The notes below the pieces were generated by a model that saw only the letters and a list, made by a program, of their open reading frames with translations, had not been told where the DNA came from and did not search any database. Shown here piece after piece: positions 1 through 23,786 of a DNA stretch of 64,000 nucleotides. The stretch's first letter is position 1, and each line of letters starts with the position of its first letter. The translations under genes and the position numbers were made by a program. The stretch lies in NCBI RefSeq assembly GCF_009914755.1, contig NC_060943.1, one strand, 5' to 3'. The stretch is from the human T2T-CHM13v2.0 reference genome, Homo sapiens.

Positions 1-304
1 CCTCCTTCTCCAAAAGTGGCCCTCGGCTGGGTGAGGTGGCTCATGCCTGTAATTCCAGCACTTAGGAAGACCAAGGCGGGTGGATCACCTGAGGTCAGGA
101 GTTCAAGACCAGCCTAGCCAACATGACAAAACCCCATCTCCACTAAAAATATAAAAATTAGCCAGACGTAATGGTGAGCACCTGCAATCCCAGCTACTCA
201 GGAGGTTGAGGCAGGAGAATTGCTTGAACCCAGGAGGCGGAGGTTGCAAAGAGCTGAGATCACACCACTGCACTTCGTCTCAAAAAACAAACAAACAAAC
301 AAAC

Positions 305-1545
<1,241 letters not shown>

Positions 1546-3172
1546 GTCTCAAAGTGTGGTCTGATTCCATTCTGTTGGCTGTTTTATTTCTTCAGGTCTC
1601 AGACCTTACGTGGACCTATGGGTGCTACTTAGGACGTAGGTCCAGCCAGAAGTCAGAGAAGGCTACTGGAACTGCCAGTTCAGGACCCTTGAGCTCCCCT
1701 GTTACATGCCTTTGTGCAAATTAGGAAAAGGCTGTCCTCCCTTCCTCTGGGTAGACACAGCTCCACACCAGGATGTGTGGCTGGTGAAAGGGCACAGGTT
1801 GCATTTCAGCCTCCACATGCCTCCTGGGTCAAACAAATTTGTGCAGTGCACAACCTATACAACCCCAGTTTAAGGCACAGGGCCCCCACCTCACCCTGAT
1901 TTAAAAAAAAAAATTAGGGAAGCATGCCCAGTCTTATTCTTGTCTTTCTCGGTATAATTTAGATCTGCACAAACTTTCTATCATGACTCACACTTCCTGA
2001 AACCCTGGAGCCTCCCAGATGTGAAATCACTGAGAGCTGGCTCTTCAGAAACAGTGACTCCTTTAACAGGCGGGCTTGGAGGACGTCTCTTGTGGGTCTA
2101 GGTCTTATAAAACTGACTCCTGCAGGGCTGCCTGGGACTGGTGGGAAACCCTTGGTGACTAGGGTCAGGGCTTCGCAGAGCCCCAGCGCAGGGTGAGATT
2201 GGAAGAATTACACTTCCGCCCAGGCGCAGAGCCCTGGCACAGGGTAGGATTGGAAGAATTACACCTCCGCCCTTCGGCCAACGACCAACACCTTCGGAGT
2301 CTGCAGAGGTTTGGAGGAGTCCGAGGAGACTTCAAGGCAGAGCTGGCAAGGTCTGGGAGGGAGCGTGGGCTTGCTGCGTTCTCCCCGCGCCCCGATTCCT
2401 ACCCTCCCGAAGGAGTAGCTGCTCTCTTGTGGGAAACCCATCCTTCAGCCCTTCCACGCATAGGGAGTGGGGTGGGAGGGAGAGCACAGCGCCCTGCTCT
2501 TTGTGAAGGCTGCCCCCACAGGGACGCTGGCAGGATCCACCCCATAAACAGTACAGTCTGGGATCAACGACACAGCTCTGTGGATCCTGGGATATCCCCC
2601 GTCATCTTTCATTCTCATTTTTCTTGGACATACTAAATTCGTCTCAATCGGAATGAAATTAACAATGATTTTTATTTTCCACTTGGGTGTTTTTTGTTTT
2701 TGTTTGGTGTGTAGTTTCCAAATGTTCAACAACTACCATGAATTACTTTTATAATCATAAGTCAATAATATTGTTATAAGGATGTTTCAGGGCTCTGAAA
2801 TCCCAGCCGGTAACCCCAGCACTTTGGGAAGCCGAGGCAGAAGTCTGAGGGGCTTGAGACCAGGAGTTTGAGACCAGCCTGGGCAACATAGTGAGATCCC
2901 CTTCTCTACAAAAAAAAAAAAAATTGAAAATTAAAAAAATAGCCAGGTGTAGTGGCACGCTCCTGTAGTCCTAGGTACTCAGGAGGTGGTGGAGGTACAG
3001 GGTGCAGTGGCTCACACCTGTAATTCCAGCACTTTGGGAGGCCAAGGCAGGTTAATCATTTGAGGTCAGGAGTTCAAGACCAGCCTGGCCAACATGGTGA
3101 AACCCTGTCTCTACTAAAAATACAAAAAATTAGCCGGGCATGGTGGCAGGTGCCTGTAATCCCATCTAGTCA

Positions 3173-3461
<289 letters not shown>

Positions 3462-3491
3462 TCAGAAAATAAAAACAATCCCTAATAGTAA

Positions 3492-3857
<366 letters not shown>

Positions 3858-3899
3858 TAGTTCTTTTTGTCAGAATGGCATTTTTCAGGATATGCTTAA

Positions 3900-5045
<1,146 letters not shown>

Positions 5046-5162
5046 ATAAAACACGGTGGCTCACACCTGTAATCCCAGCACTTTGGGAGGCCGAGGCGGG
5101 CGGGTCACCTGAGGTCGGGAGTCGGAGACCAGCCTGACCTACATGGAGAAACCCCGTCTCTA

Positions 5163-5342
<180 letters not shown>

Positions 5343-5989
5343 CTAAAATAAAAATAAATAAAGCAAAAAGCCTAGGGGCAGGAAGTCGAATTACCTTGAC
5401 TTCTACTTACTGTCTGTTACGTCTAGCACATTGCCTCATGACCCAAGACAATTGCTTGAGCTCTAGACATCACATGTAAATTCCAGGCAATGAAAGCAAG
5501 GAAGGAAGAAGGGCATGGCATCTCCCTTGCAATGTGAATTACTGGAACTTGTGCAAACATTTCCATTTACGCGGTTTTAGTGCGGACACAGAAACAAAGC
5601 CACATCTAGCTGCAAAGGGGGCTTTTCAATCCCACCATTATAGGGAGTCATGCTTGAAGGGGGTTGGAAGGGTGTTGACCAAGCCAATCCCAAAGCGAAG
5701 TTATTAACCCCACTTTAAAGATGAGTAAACTGAGGCGCAGAGAGTGGAAGCTGCCTGCCCAAGGCCTCAGCTATTAGGTGGAAGGAAAGGAAAGGAGAGC
5801 CACTGTGCTCAAAGATTCCGGCTCAGATCAGGAAATTCATCAAAGATGAGCCATCCCACTCACACCGAGACCATACTAGAATTAGTGTGACCAGTTCTGG
5901 ATATGTGTCCCTTAATAGAGCCAGTGAGGACGTGGTCAGAACAGAGATGAGGCTGAGGTTTATGAAAGGCAAACACATTCAATGGTTAA

Positions 5990-6229
<240 letters not shown>

Positions 6230-6603
6230 TAGCCAGGCTGGTCTCGAACCCCTGACCTTGTGATCTGCCCACCTTGGCCTCCCAAAGTGCTGGAATTACA
6301 GGTGTGAGCCACCACGCCTGGCTGATGGACAGTTTTTATAAGCTGTTATCAGGAAGGAATGCTTTTGGCTGCAATAACAAAAAAAAATTTTTTTTAACCT
6401 GATGAACACTAGCTGAAACCTATAAGAAATTAATTTTATGCCTATTTTTCAAGGTCCAGAGGAAGGCTGCCTGGAACCATTTTTCTGGCTCAGGTGAGCC
6501 TAAAAACCAAGTCCTTATGGAAGGCTCACTCAAGGCCAGGAGTTCAAGACCAGCCTGGGCAACACAGCAAAACCCCATCTCTAAAAAATAAAAAACAAAA
6601 TTA

Positions 6604-6801
<198 letters not shown>

Positions 6802-7071
6802 TCAGAGGTTTTCTGTGGGTCCCTAAAGAATGTCCATTTAACTTTATTAATACTTCCTTAGAGAATCAGCTCCAAAGACAGCTAAACATAACACAAGCGG
6901 TTAGGGCTTCAATGTAGAAACTTTGGAGGGCACAAAACATAATAGGGGTGCACATTGGGGTGACAACCAGAAGGAACTGGGAAATGTGATTGCTATGAAA
7001 GACAGCACAGGCTGAGAGTGGTGGCTCACTCCTGTAATCCCAGCACTTTGGAGGCCAAGGTGGACAGATCA

Positions 7072-7251
<180 letters not shown>

Positions 7252-8347
7252 TCACCCAGCCTAGGTGACAGAGCAAGATTCCGTCAAAAAAAAAAAAAAG
7301 ACAGCACAGTGGCTACCCAGGGGAGCAGGGAGAGGACTGCAATGGGGAACACGGCGGGGTTCCTGGGGTGCCCAGCAATGTTCTGTTCTTGAAGCAAGTG
7401 GAAGTTAAAAGGCTGTTGTCTTATCTCATTAAGGTAGACTTTCGTTTGGTGTAGCTGGCTTCCTTCCTTCCTTTTTTCTTTCTTTTTCTGGAGACAGGAT
7501 CTCACTCTGTTCCACAGGCTGGAGTGCAGTGGCACTGTCATAGCTCACTGCAACCTCAACTGCCTCTGCTCAAGTGATCTTCCCACCTCAGCCTCCCAAG
7601 TAGCTGAGACTATAGGCACATACCTCCACACCCAACAATTTGGTGTCATTTTCTGTATATATGTTTTATTTTACAACCATAGGCTGATAAAATAGGCTCC
7701 CAGGCCCAGCGCAGCGGCTCACTCCTATAATCCCAGCACTTTGGGAGGCCAAGGTGGGAGGATCACTTGAGCCCAGGAGTTCGATGCTGAACTCAGCTAT
7801 AACCATGCCACTGCATTCCAGCCTGGGTGATAGAGTGAGACTCTGTCTTTTTTAACAACAAAAATAAAAAATAAAATAAAAATAAAAATAAGATGTGCTC
7901 CTCTGCTCCTGCTTCATCATCCAACCCTGTGTCTTTCTTCCTCCTCGTTGCAAAATAACTCCTGCATCTCCAGGTTGCACATCCACGTCTCCGGCAGGAA
8001 GTGAAGGGCAAACATCTAGAAACATCTAGAGTCTTCTCCACATAAAGTTTTGCCTTACCATTTAGAAAGAAAACCCTCTTCAGGCCCACAACAACCTCTG
8101 CCTCCCAGGTTCAAGTGATTCTTCTGCCTCAGCCTCCAGAGTAGCTGGGATTACAGGCGCCTGCCACCAGGCCTGGCTAATTTTTGTATTTTTAGTAGAG
8201 ACGGGGTTTCGCCAGGTTGGCCGCAGTAGTCTCGAACTCCTGACCTTGTGATCCACCTGCCTCGGCCTCCCAAAGTGCTGGGATTACAAGTGTGAGCCAC
8301 TGCACCCAGCCAAATTAATTGATTCTTTAAACCCTGACATCTTAGAG

Positions 8348-8688
8348 CACCGATCCCCAACCTTTTTGGCACCAGGGACCAGTTTTGTGGATGACAATTT
8401 TTCCATGGGTAGGGTGGGTGAGGTGGGAATGGGGGGATGGTTTTGGGATGATTCAATGACATTACATTTATCAATAGCTTCTCATAAGGAGCGAGCAACC
8501 TAGGTCCCTTGCCTGCACCGTTCACAGTACGGTTCACGCTCCTATGAGAATCTAATGCCACCGCTGATCTGACAGGAGGCGGAGCTCAGCTTCCCTGGCT
8601 CACCTGCTGCTCACTCCTGCCGTGCAGCCCAGTTCCTAACAGGCCATGGACCCATATCAGTCCATAGCCTGGGGGTTGGGAATCCCTG
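8348..8688 (+). mobile_element. MER1B-like hAT-Charlie DNA transposon
   Basis: Terminal inverted repeats caccgatccccaacc / ggttgggaatccctg; 8-bp TSD TCTTAGAG/TCTTAGAC; 341 bp. Confidence 0.85.
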
Positions 8689-9111
8689 TCTTAGACTACT
8701 AAGTCCCATTTTCCTGAATTCTTGTGGCATCAATTTTTCATCAGCCAAGCATCTAACCCTCCAGCCACAGCCCTTGAACAAGCTTGCCTCTGGTACTTCA
8801 GCTCGACTAATCTTCTGCAAAATCAGTGGTAACTGGGCCCTGCCCCTCCACCGTGGATATGGAGAACGGATGCCCTGCATCTACTCCCAAGGCCTGCCTA
8901 CTGTGCCCTGGAGTACTGTAGAAGCTGGAAAGCTATTTTTAAAATAGTAACTTCACCACTCTCACCCAAATAATCAATACTTAATTGCCAAATGGTTTTC
9001 AGTGCTTACCCTCCTGTCTTAAAATATCACGTAGACCAGGCGCGGTCCCAGCACTTTGGGAGGCTAAGGTGGGCAGATCACCAGGTCAGGAGATCGAGAC
9101 CATCCTGGCTA

Positions 9112-9468
<357 letters not shown>

Positions 9469-9637
9469 CTACAAAACATACAAAAATTAGCCAGGCATGT
9501 TGGTGCATGCCTGTAGTCCCAGCTACTCAGGAGGCTAAGGTGGAAGGATCTCTTGAGCCCATGCAGTGGAGACCACAGTGAGCCGAGATTGTACCACTGC
9601 ACTTCAACCTGGGTGACAGAGCTAGACATTGTCTCTA

Positions 9638-10470
<833 letters not shown>

Positions 10471-11189
10471 GTAATTGATACTTTTTTTTTTTTTTTTTAA
10501 ACAGAGTCTCACTCTGTCGCCCAGGCTGGAGTGCAGTGGTGCGATCTTGGCTCACTGCAACCTCTGCCTCCTGGGTCCAAGCGATTCTCCCAGCCTCCCG
10601 AGTAACTGGGGCCACAGGCAAGCACCACCACGCCTGACTAATTTTGTATTTTTAGTAGAGACGGGGTTTCACCATGTTGGCCAGGCTGGTCTCGAACTCC
10701 TGACCTCAGGTGATCCACCTCCCTCAGCCCCCCAAAGTGCTGGAATTACAGGCATGAGCCACCTGGCCCAGCCTGATACTGACTGTTTATGATCTTCCTG
10801 GTCCTCTCCAATCCGTCCTCTGGGCTGCCATTGAGAGGAGCTTTATAAGTAGATAAAATTGATCATTTCAGACTCTTGCCAAAAGTTTTCCATAGTTACC
10901 TACCAGCCAACCAGGGTGAAATTTCAACTTTTTAATGAGGTATAAAATGTTCCTCAAAGTTATCCTCAGTTACAGCCCAGTTTTATCTCCTCTCCTGAAC
11001 TTGACATTCCAGAAATATATAAATCTTTGAATTTTTAAAAAATAAATCATATTCTCCATTTTCTATGCTTTTAATACACTAGTCCCTCATCCGGATAAAA
11101 AGAAGATTAGGACGGGGGCAGTAGCTCACACCTGTAATCCCAGCACTTTGGGAGGCCAAGGTGGGCAGATCACCTGAGGTCAGGAGTTA

Positions 11190-11477
<288 letters not shown>

Positions 11478-13039
11478 TCACAGCTGGCTGACGCCTCAAC
11501 TTCCTGGACTCAAGCTATCCTCCCACCTCAGTCTCCTAAGTAGCTGGGGCTACAGGCCCACACCACCATGGCCAGCTAATTTTTTTTTTTTTTTTTTTTT
11601 TTGGAGAGAGGGTCTTGCCCTGTTTCTCAGGCTGGTCTTGAACTCTTGGCCTCAGGTAATCCTTCCACCTCAGCCTCCCAAAGTGCTGGGATTACAGGCA
11701 TGAGCCACTGTCCGCCCAGCCAAACCCCTTTTTTAGAAGAAAACATCAGATCAAAAGATGTGCTTCCACTTTAAGAATGGAAGTTAACTTCTGATCAGCT
11801 CAATGTTAGCTGGATTTGAAGGCCAAAGAAAATTGAAGCAAATGTATTTTTGAATTACATAGTATTTACTGTTCTCACGCTTCTGACACCCAAGGAGAAG
11901 AAAGATAACGCTCCCAGTGCTAATGAAACTTGCTAGGTTTTCTTTCCTGCTAAAGATATTTATACTTGAATTCTTTTATTTTTTAATTTTTTAGAAGCAG
12001 GGTCTCACTGTATCACCCAGGCTGGAATGCAGTAGCTTGGGCAGATCTCACTGTAACCTTGAACTCCAGGGCTCAAGTGATCCTCCAACCTCGGTGTTGA
12101 GATTACAGGTGTGAGTCACTGAACCCGGCCTTAAATTCATTTTAAGGCTTGGAACAGCTTTAGATTAATTCCATAAATGAAAAAGCTGTGGTTGATTTGA
12201 AAATTAGAGATGGTTTATAAAATAATATCAGGGGATATAAATGATTCTGCAATCATTTACCAAGCTTTTCCTTAAATTCAAAGGCTAATAAGCTTGCAAG
12301 GTTATCTGGTTAAAAGGGTGATTTTGCTTTTTGTTTTTTTTTTGTTGAGACAGAGTCTCACTATGTCACCCAGGCTCCCGAGTGCAATGGTTCCATCATA
12401 GATCACTGTAGCCTCAACCTCCCGGGATCAAGCGACCCTCCCATCTCAGCCTCCTGAGTAGCTGGGACCATAAATGCCTGCTACCACATTTGGCTAATTT
12501 TTTTTTTTTAATTTTCTGTAGAGATGTGGTCTCACTATGTTGCCAAGGCTAGTCTTGAAACCCTGGGCTCAAGTGATCCTCCCCACTTGGCCTCCAAAAG
12601 TCCTAGGATTACAGGCATAAGCCACTGTGCCCAGCCTGACTTTGCTTTCCCCACTCCCCACCCTTTCTACTGCAACATTTTTTCTTTTCAAATCAGGTGA
12701 TTTCTGACAGGTCTTCTTCAGTTTTTCTCCAGCATGAATTCCTTTGTGAAGACTTCTGAGGCAAACTCTAGGCTGTGTGGGATCCTATTGAATTCAGTAC
12801 CTCCCTTCCATGAGCTCGATGGTAAATGTTTACTCAACTGTCTTTCCACCATGCTAAACCTTCTGTTGGGCAGAAACTGTGGCTTTCCATCTTCAGATTC
12901 CACATTTTGAGCACAATATCTTCCCTATAGTAGACACTCATCCTACCCTTGTTGAATACATGTAAAATGACTTTTGATGAAACCAAATTTACATAGAGAG
13001 AAGGGTGGCCACAGGGATTCAGGGGGAAGGAGGGACATG

Positions 13040-13965
<926 letters not shown>

Positions 13966-14440
13966 AAAAAAGATGTTCAAATGCAGCCCCAGCCAATTCT
14001 TATTCAACTTTGGCCAAGTTTAGGATGATCTGAGTTTCCGCTGAATAGCAGAGCAGAAGCTATGGCGTGTTGTGGCTACAAGTGAGCGCGCTGGTGTCAA
14101 GCTGCTTGGTGAGATAGCTGCTGGCTGTTTGGCCTTGGGAAAGAGATTGAGCTCACCAGGCCTGAATTCTTTTCCTACAGAAGAATGATGTTGACAACAG
14201 TGCCTCATTCATTGCATGGAGGATTAACTGAGGCAGTGAATGTTCAGTCCAGAGTACAGAGCTGGAGATTTTAGACAGAACTGAAATATTAGGTGGGCTG
14301 GGGGCAGTGGCTCACACCTGCAATCCCAGCACGTTGGGAAGCAGAGATGGATCACTTGAGCCCAGGAGTTCGAGACCAGTCTGAGCAACATAGTAAGACC
14401 CCATCTCTACAAAAAATCAAATTAAATTAAAAATCAGCTA

Positions 14441-14590
<150 letters not shown>

Positions 14591-14727
14591 CTAAAAATAA
14601 AACTTTTTGCTGGGTGCGGTGGCTCATGCCTGTAATCCCAGCACTTTGGGAGGCCGAGACAGCAGATCACCTGAGGTCAGATGTTCAAGACCAGCCTGAC
14701 CAACATGGAGAAACCCCATCTCCATTA

Positions 14728-14886
<159 letters not shown>

Positions 14887-14979
14887 TCAAAGAAAAAAAA
14901 AATTTTTTTTTAAATAATAAATAATTGAAATGTTAGCTGTTAGAGTTCTATTCTTTGAAATGTGGTAAATGGCACTTAA

Positions 14980-15237
<258 letters not shown>

Positions 15238-15426
15238 TGATCCCCTAGCCTCAGCCTCCTGAAGTGCCAGGATTACAGGCGTGAGCCACCGCGCCCAGCT
15301 CATAGTATTGTTTTAAGGTTAAAAAGGTGTAATAGGGCCAGGCATGGTGGCACACGCCTGTAATCCCAGCACTTTCGGAGGCCAAGGCAGGCGGATCACC
15401 TGATGTCAGGAGTTTAAGACCAGTCA

Positions 15427-15804
<378 letters not shown>

Positions 15805-16254
15805 TTAGCTATTCCGGGGCAGATCCGTCTTCCCAAAATGCACCTCACTAAGCAGCTAGTGCTGCCAGTTCTTGTGTGTCACTCAGAGAATAGGGTTTTC
15901 CCCAAAGGAAAGACCACTGATTATGTCAAGAGAGCTACAAGCCACTAAGCAACAATGCCTTTCATCTCCCTGACTTTGGCTATGAGTTGCTGGGAAAGCC
16001 AGTGTAACATTCCCAGGCCTGGGGTTGTACCACCTGGGAAGGAGCTGGTCTATGGAGCAGAGTGCTGGCCTTGAGCTTCTTAGTAACAAATGCCACTCAA
16101 AGGACATACAAGACAAGGTCAGCCCTCTGGTTTTTCAGACAACTGCCCAGGCCCGCTGGTTGTAGTCCTACGTCCCCAGTGACTTTTACAAAGAGTGCAG
16201 CTGCAAAGCCGTGCCACTCTGCAGGGCCACATCTCCACAGTGAAGCCCAGATCA

Positions 16255-16500
<246 letters not shown>

Positions 16501-16700
16501 TTAAATAAATTGCTGATAACACAATTCTCACCTGAAATGCTCTCTCTTTGTAGATTAGTGTATAGCCTGAATTTTACCATTAGGAAAAAGAGGAGAGGTG
16601 GCATTGAAGCATTTGTTACTAAGCAGAATGAACTGCATGTGCAAAGATTCAGAGGCGACATGTGTAGCAGATTTAAGAAACTCCCATAAATTCAGTATGA

Positions 16701-17044
<344 letters not shown>

Positions 17045-17365
17045 TGATCTTGAGCTCCTGACCTCAAGTTATTCTCCTGCCTTGGCCTCCCAAAAGTGCT
17101 AGGATTACAGGCGTGAGCCACCGTGCCCGGCCAAAATTTGCCGTTTTGAAGTCTACAACTCAGTGGGTTTTCATGTATTCACAATGTTGGGTGACCATCA
17201 CCACTAACTCAAGCACATTTTCACCACCCTGAAGAGAAACTCTGTACCCATCAGCAGCCACTTCCTGCTTTCCCTTTCCCCCAGCCCCTGGCAACCAATA
17301 ACCTACTTTATATCTCTATGGATTTGCCTCTCTGAACATTTTATACAACTGGAAGGATACATTTG

Positions 17366-17367
<2 letters not shown>

Positions 17368-17411
<44 letters not shown>
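17368..17411 (+). repeat. (GT)22 microsatellite
   Basis: Perfect GT run of 44 nt. Confidence 0.95.
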
Positions 17412-17412
<1 letters not shown>

Positions 17413-17417
17413 TGTGT

Positions 17418-17770
17418 GAGAGAGGGGAGAGGGGAGAGGGAAGGGGGGAGGGGGGAGGGGGGAGGGGGGAGGGGGGAGGGGGAGGGGGGAGGGGGGAGGG
17501 GGGAGGGGGGAGGGGGAGGGGGGGGAGGGGGGAGGGGGAGGGGGGAGGGGGGAGGGGGGAGGGGGAGGGGGGAGGGGGGAGGGGGGAGGGGGGAGGGGGA
17601 GGGGGGAGGGGGGAGGGGGAGGGGGAGGGGGGAGGGGGAGGGGGAGGGGGGAGGGGGAGGGGGGAGGGGGAGGGTGGGAGGGGGGAGGGGGAGGGTGGGA
17701 GGGGGGAGGGGGAGGGGGAGGGGGGAGGGGGAGGGGGGGAGGGGGAGGGGGGAGGGGGGAGAGAGAGAGA
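17418..17770 (+). repeat. 353-nt G-rich purine tract of mostly G5A/G6A units
   Basis: Only two pyrimidines in the tract (T17675, T17696). Confidence 0.95.
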
Positions 17771-18018
17771 TGGTCTTGCTATGTTGCCCAGGCTGGTCTC
17801 AAGAGTTCAGGCCTCAAACGATCCTCCCACTTCAGCCACCTGAGTCGCCGGGATTACAGGCCCATGCCACCAAGCCCGGCTAATTTTTAAAAAATTTTTT
17901 AGAGATATGGTCTCACTACAACATTTATCCTTTAATGTCTGGTTTCATTCGAGGTTCATTCAGATGGCCAAGGCTGCTGTCACTGGGGACCTTCCTGAAG
18001 GGACAGCAAATATCATGA

Positions 18019-18324
<306 letters not shown>

Positions 18325-18460
18325 TAGACTCCTGTGCTCAAGCCATCCTCCTGCCTCAGCTACCCAAAGTGCTGGGATTACAGAAGTGAGCCACTGCACC
18401 TGGCCTATCCATAGTCTTTGTTGTTTTTTAACCCTGTCCCTTTGAGGTTTATGCTATTGA

Positions 18461-18763
<303 letters not shown>

Positions 18764-18872
18764 TGATCCACCTGCCTCAGCCTCCCAAAGTGCATGCTGG
18801 GATTACAGGCTGAGTCACCGCACCCGGCCTTTTTTTTTTTTTTTTTTTTCTTAGAGACAAGGTCTTGCTTGA

Positions 18873-19007
<135 letters not shown>

Positions 19008-19530
19008 TAAATTATTATTATTATTATTATTGTAGAGACTAGGTCTCACCTTTTTTTTTTTCCCCCCCAGAAACAAGATCTTGCTCTGTTGTCCAAGCTG
19101 TAGAGTTGTGGTGCCATGATAGCTCACTGCAGCCTCAATCTCCTGCGCTCAAGTGATCCTCCCTCCTTGGCCTCCTGAGTAGCTGGAACTAAAGGCACAT
19201 GCCACCACACCTGGCTAATTTTTATGTTTTGTAGGGATGAAGTCTCGCATGTTGCCCAGGCTGGTCTCAAACTTGAACTCCCAGCCTCAAACAATCCCCT
19301 CTCCCCACCAAAGCCTCCCAAAGTGCTGAGATTTCAGGTGTGAGCCAACGCGCTGGGCCAGGTCCTCTTCTCCCTTGCTCTCCACGGTCTACTTGGAAAT
19401 CTGAGAGTCGGCTGCGTGCAATGGCTCATGCCTGCAATCCCAGCACTTTGGGAGGCCAAGGTGGGCAGATCACCTGAGGTCAGGAGTTCGAGACCGGTCT
19501 GGCCAACATGGCGAAACCCCGTGTCTACTA

Positions 19531-19758
<228 letters not shown>

Positions 19759-20390
19759 TCATCCTTCACTCCTCCCTCTTCCTTACTCCCATAGCAGACC
19801 TCTTGGAATATCCTGGAAGTTCTAAGCCTGTCACTTCTCAGTCCCCACAGAAGTCACACTCTCCCAAGCCACCATCATCTCTGGCTTGAATTACTGCTGC
19901 AGGAGCCTTCCAAGTCTGGCTCCTACAATTAATTCATGATCCACCCAACAAGCACAGAACGTCAAGTCACTCCTCTCTTAAAATCCCCCATAGCTTCCCG
20001 TTTTCCCTTAGGAAGAGTCTAAAACCCTTAACTTTTTCTAGAAGGTTCCTCCAGGAGGTCTCTACTTGCTGTCTCAGCCTCGGACTCTCTGTGCTTCTTC
20101 AGCGTCCTGTGCTGGCACTCAATTACTTTAGGGGTTTCATGACACGGTTCTCTCCCTCCCACTCCTTTTCATCCTTAGGGTCTTAGCTTGCTCCCCGAGG
20201 CCTCCCCACCCAGTAGTTCTCAGTCCCCGTGTGCCCACAGCGCCCTCTACTGCCCCTTCCCAAACACGCAGCATGGGTGTGTTTGCCCAGCGCCTCTCTG
20301 CACACCCAGACTTCAAGCTGCAAGATGGCAAGCACTGCCTCCTCCACTGCTAAGTACCTGGCAAAGCAATTGTAGTCAGTAAATTTTTTT

Positions 20391-20828
<438 letters not shown>

Positions 20829-20901
20829 TCAGTAAATATTTTTTTCAATTAAAGAATGAGTTTATCATACAAGAAGCCTGGAGAAAAGAAATGGTAAAGG
20901 T

Positions 20902-22176
<1,275 letters not shown>

Positions 22177-22295
22177 TGATTAATAGATGCAATGGTTAAT
22201 GATTACTAGATAATTAATATTAATGGATGATTAATAATTGAGTAATAGATGTCATGGATAATAATTATGAATTATGATTAAATTAGCTTCCTGAA

Positions 22296-23593
<1,298 letters not shown>

Positions 23594-23786
23594 CTGGCTT
23601 ATAAAGAGAAGCAGAACAGGGCTGGAAGCCCAGACACCCACGCCCACCCCTGAATTACCATTAGTTCTCAACTCACCTGACATCATTCCCTTTCAGTGTT
23701 TCCTATGTTTTTTTTTTTTTTTTAAAGACAGGGTCTCGCCATATGGCCCAGGCTGGTCTTGAACTCCTGGGCTCAAGTGATCCTCC

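Noticed and set aside
11740-12990. Unique-looking blocks as KRAB-ZNF or other pseudo-exons
   Set aside because: I found no KRAB, C2H2 or other motif in translation and cannot assign them without a database search.
17368-17883. Gly/Arg/Glu-rich 171-aa and 157-aa ORFs
   Set aside because: These are translations of the (GT)n and G-A tract; purine-only sequence cannot contain stop codons.
17418-17920. SVA element (hexamer repeat plus antisense Alu-like region)
   Set aside because: In SVA the C-rich CCCTCT strand precedes the antisense Alu part. Here the G-rich strand does, and there is no VNTR or SINE-R.
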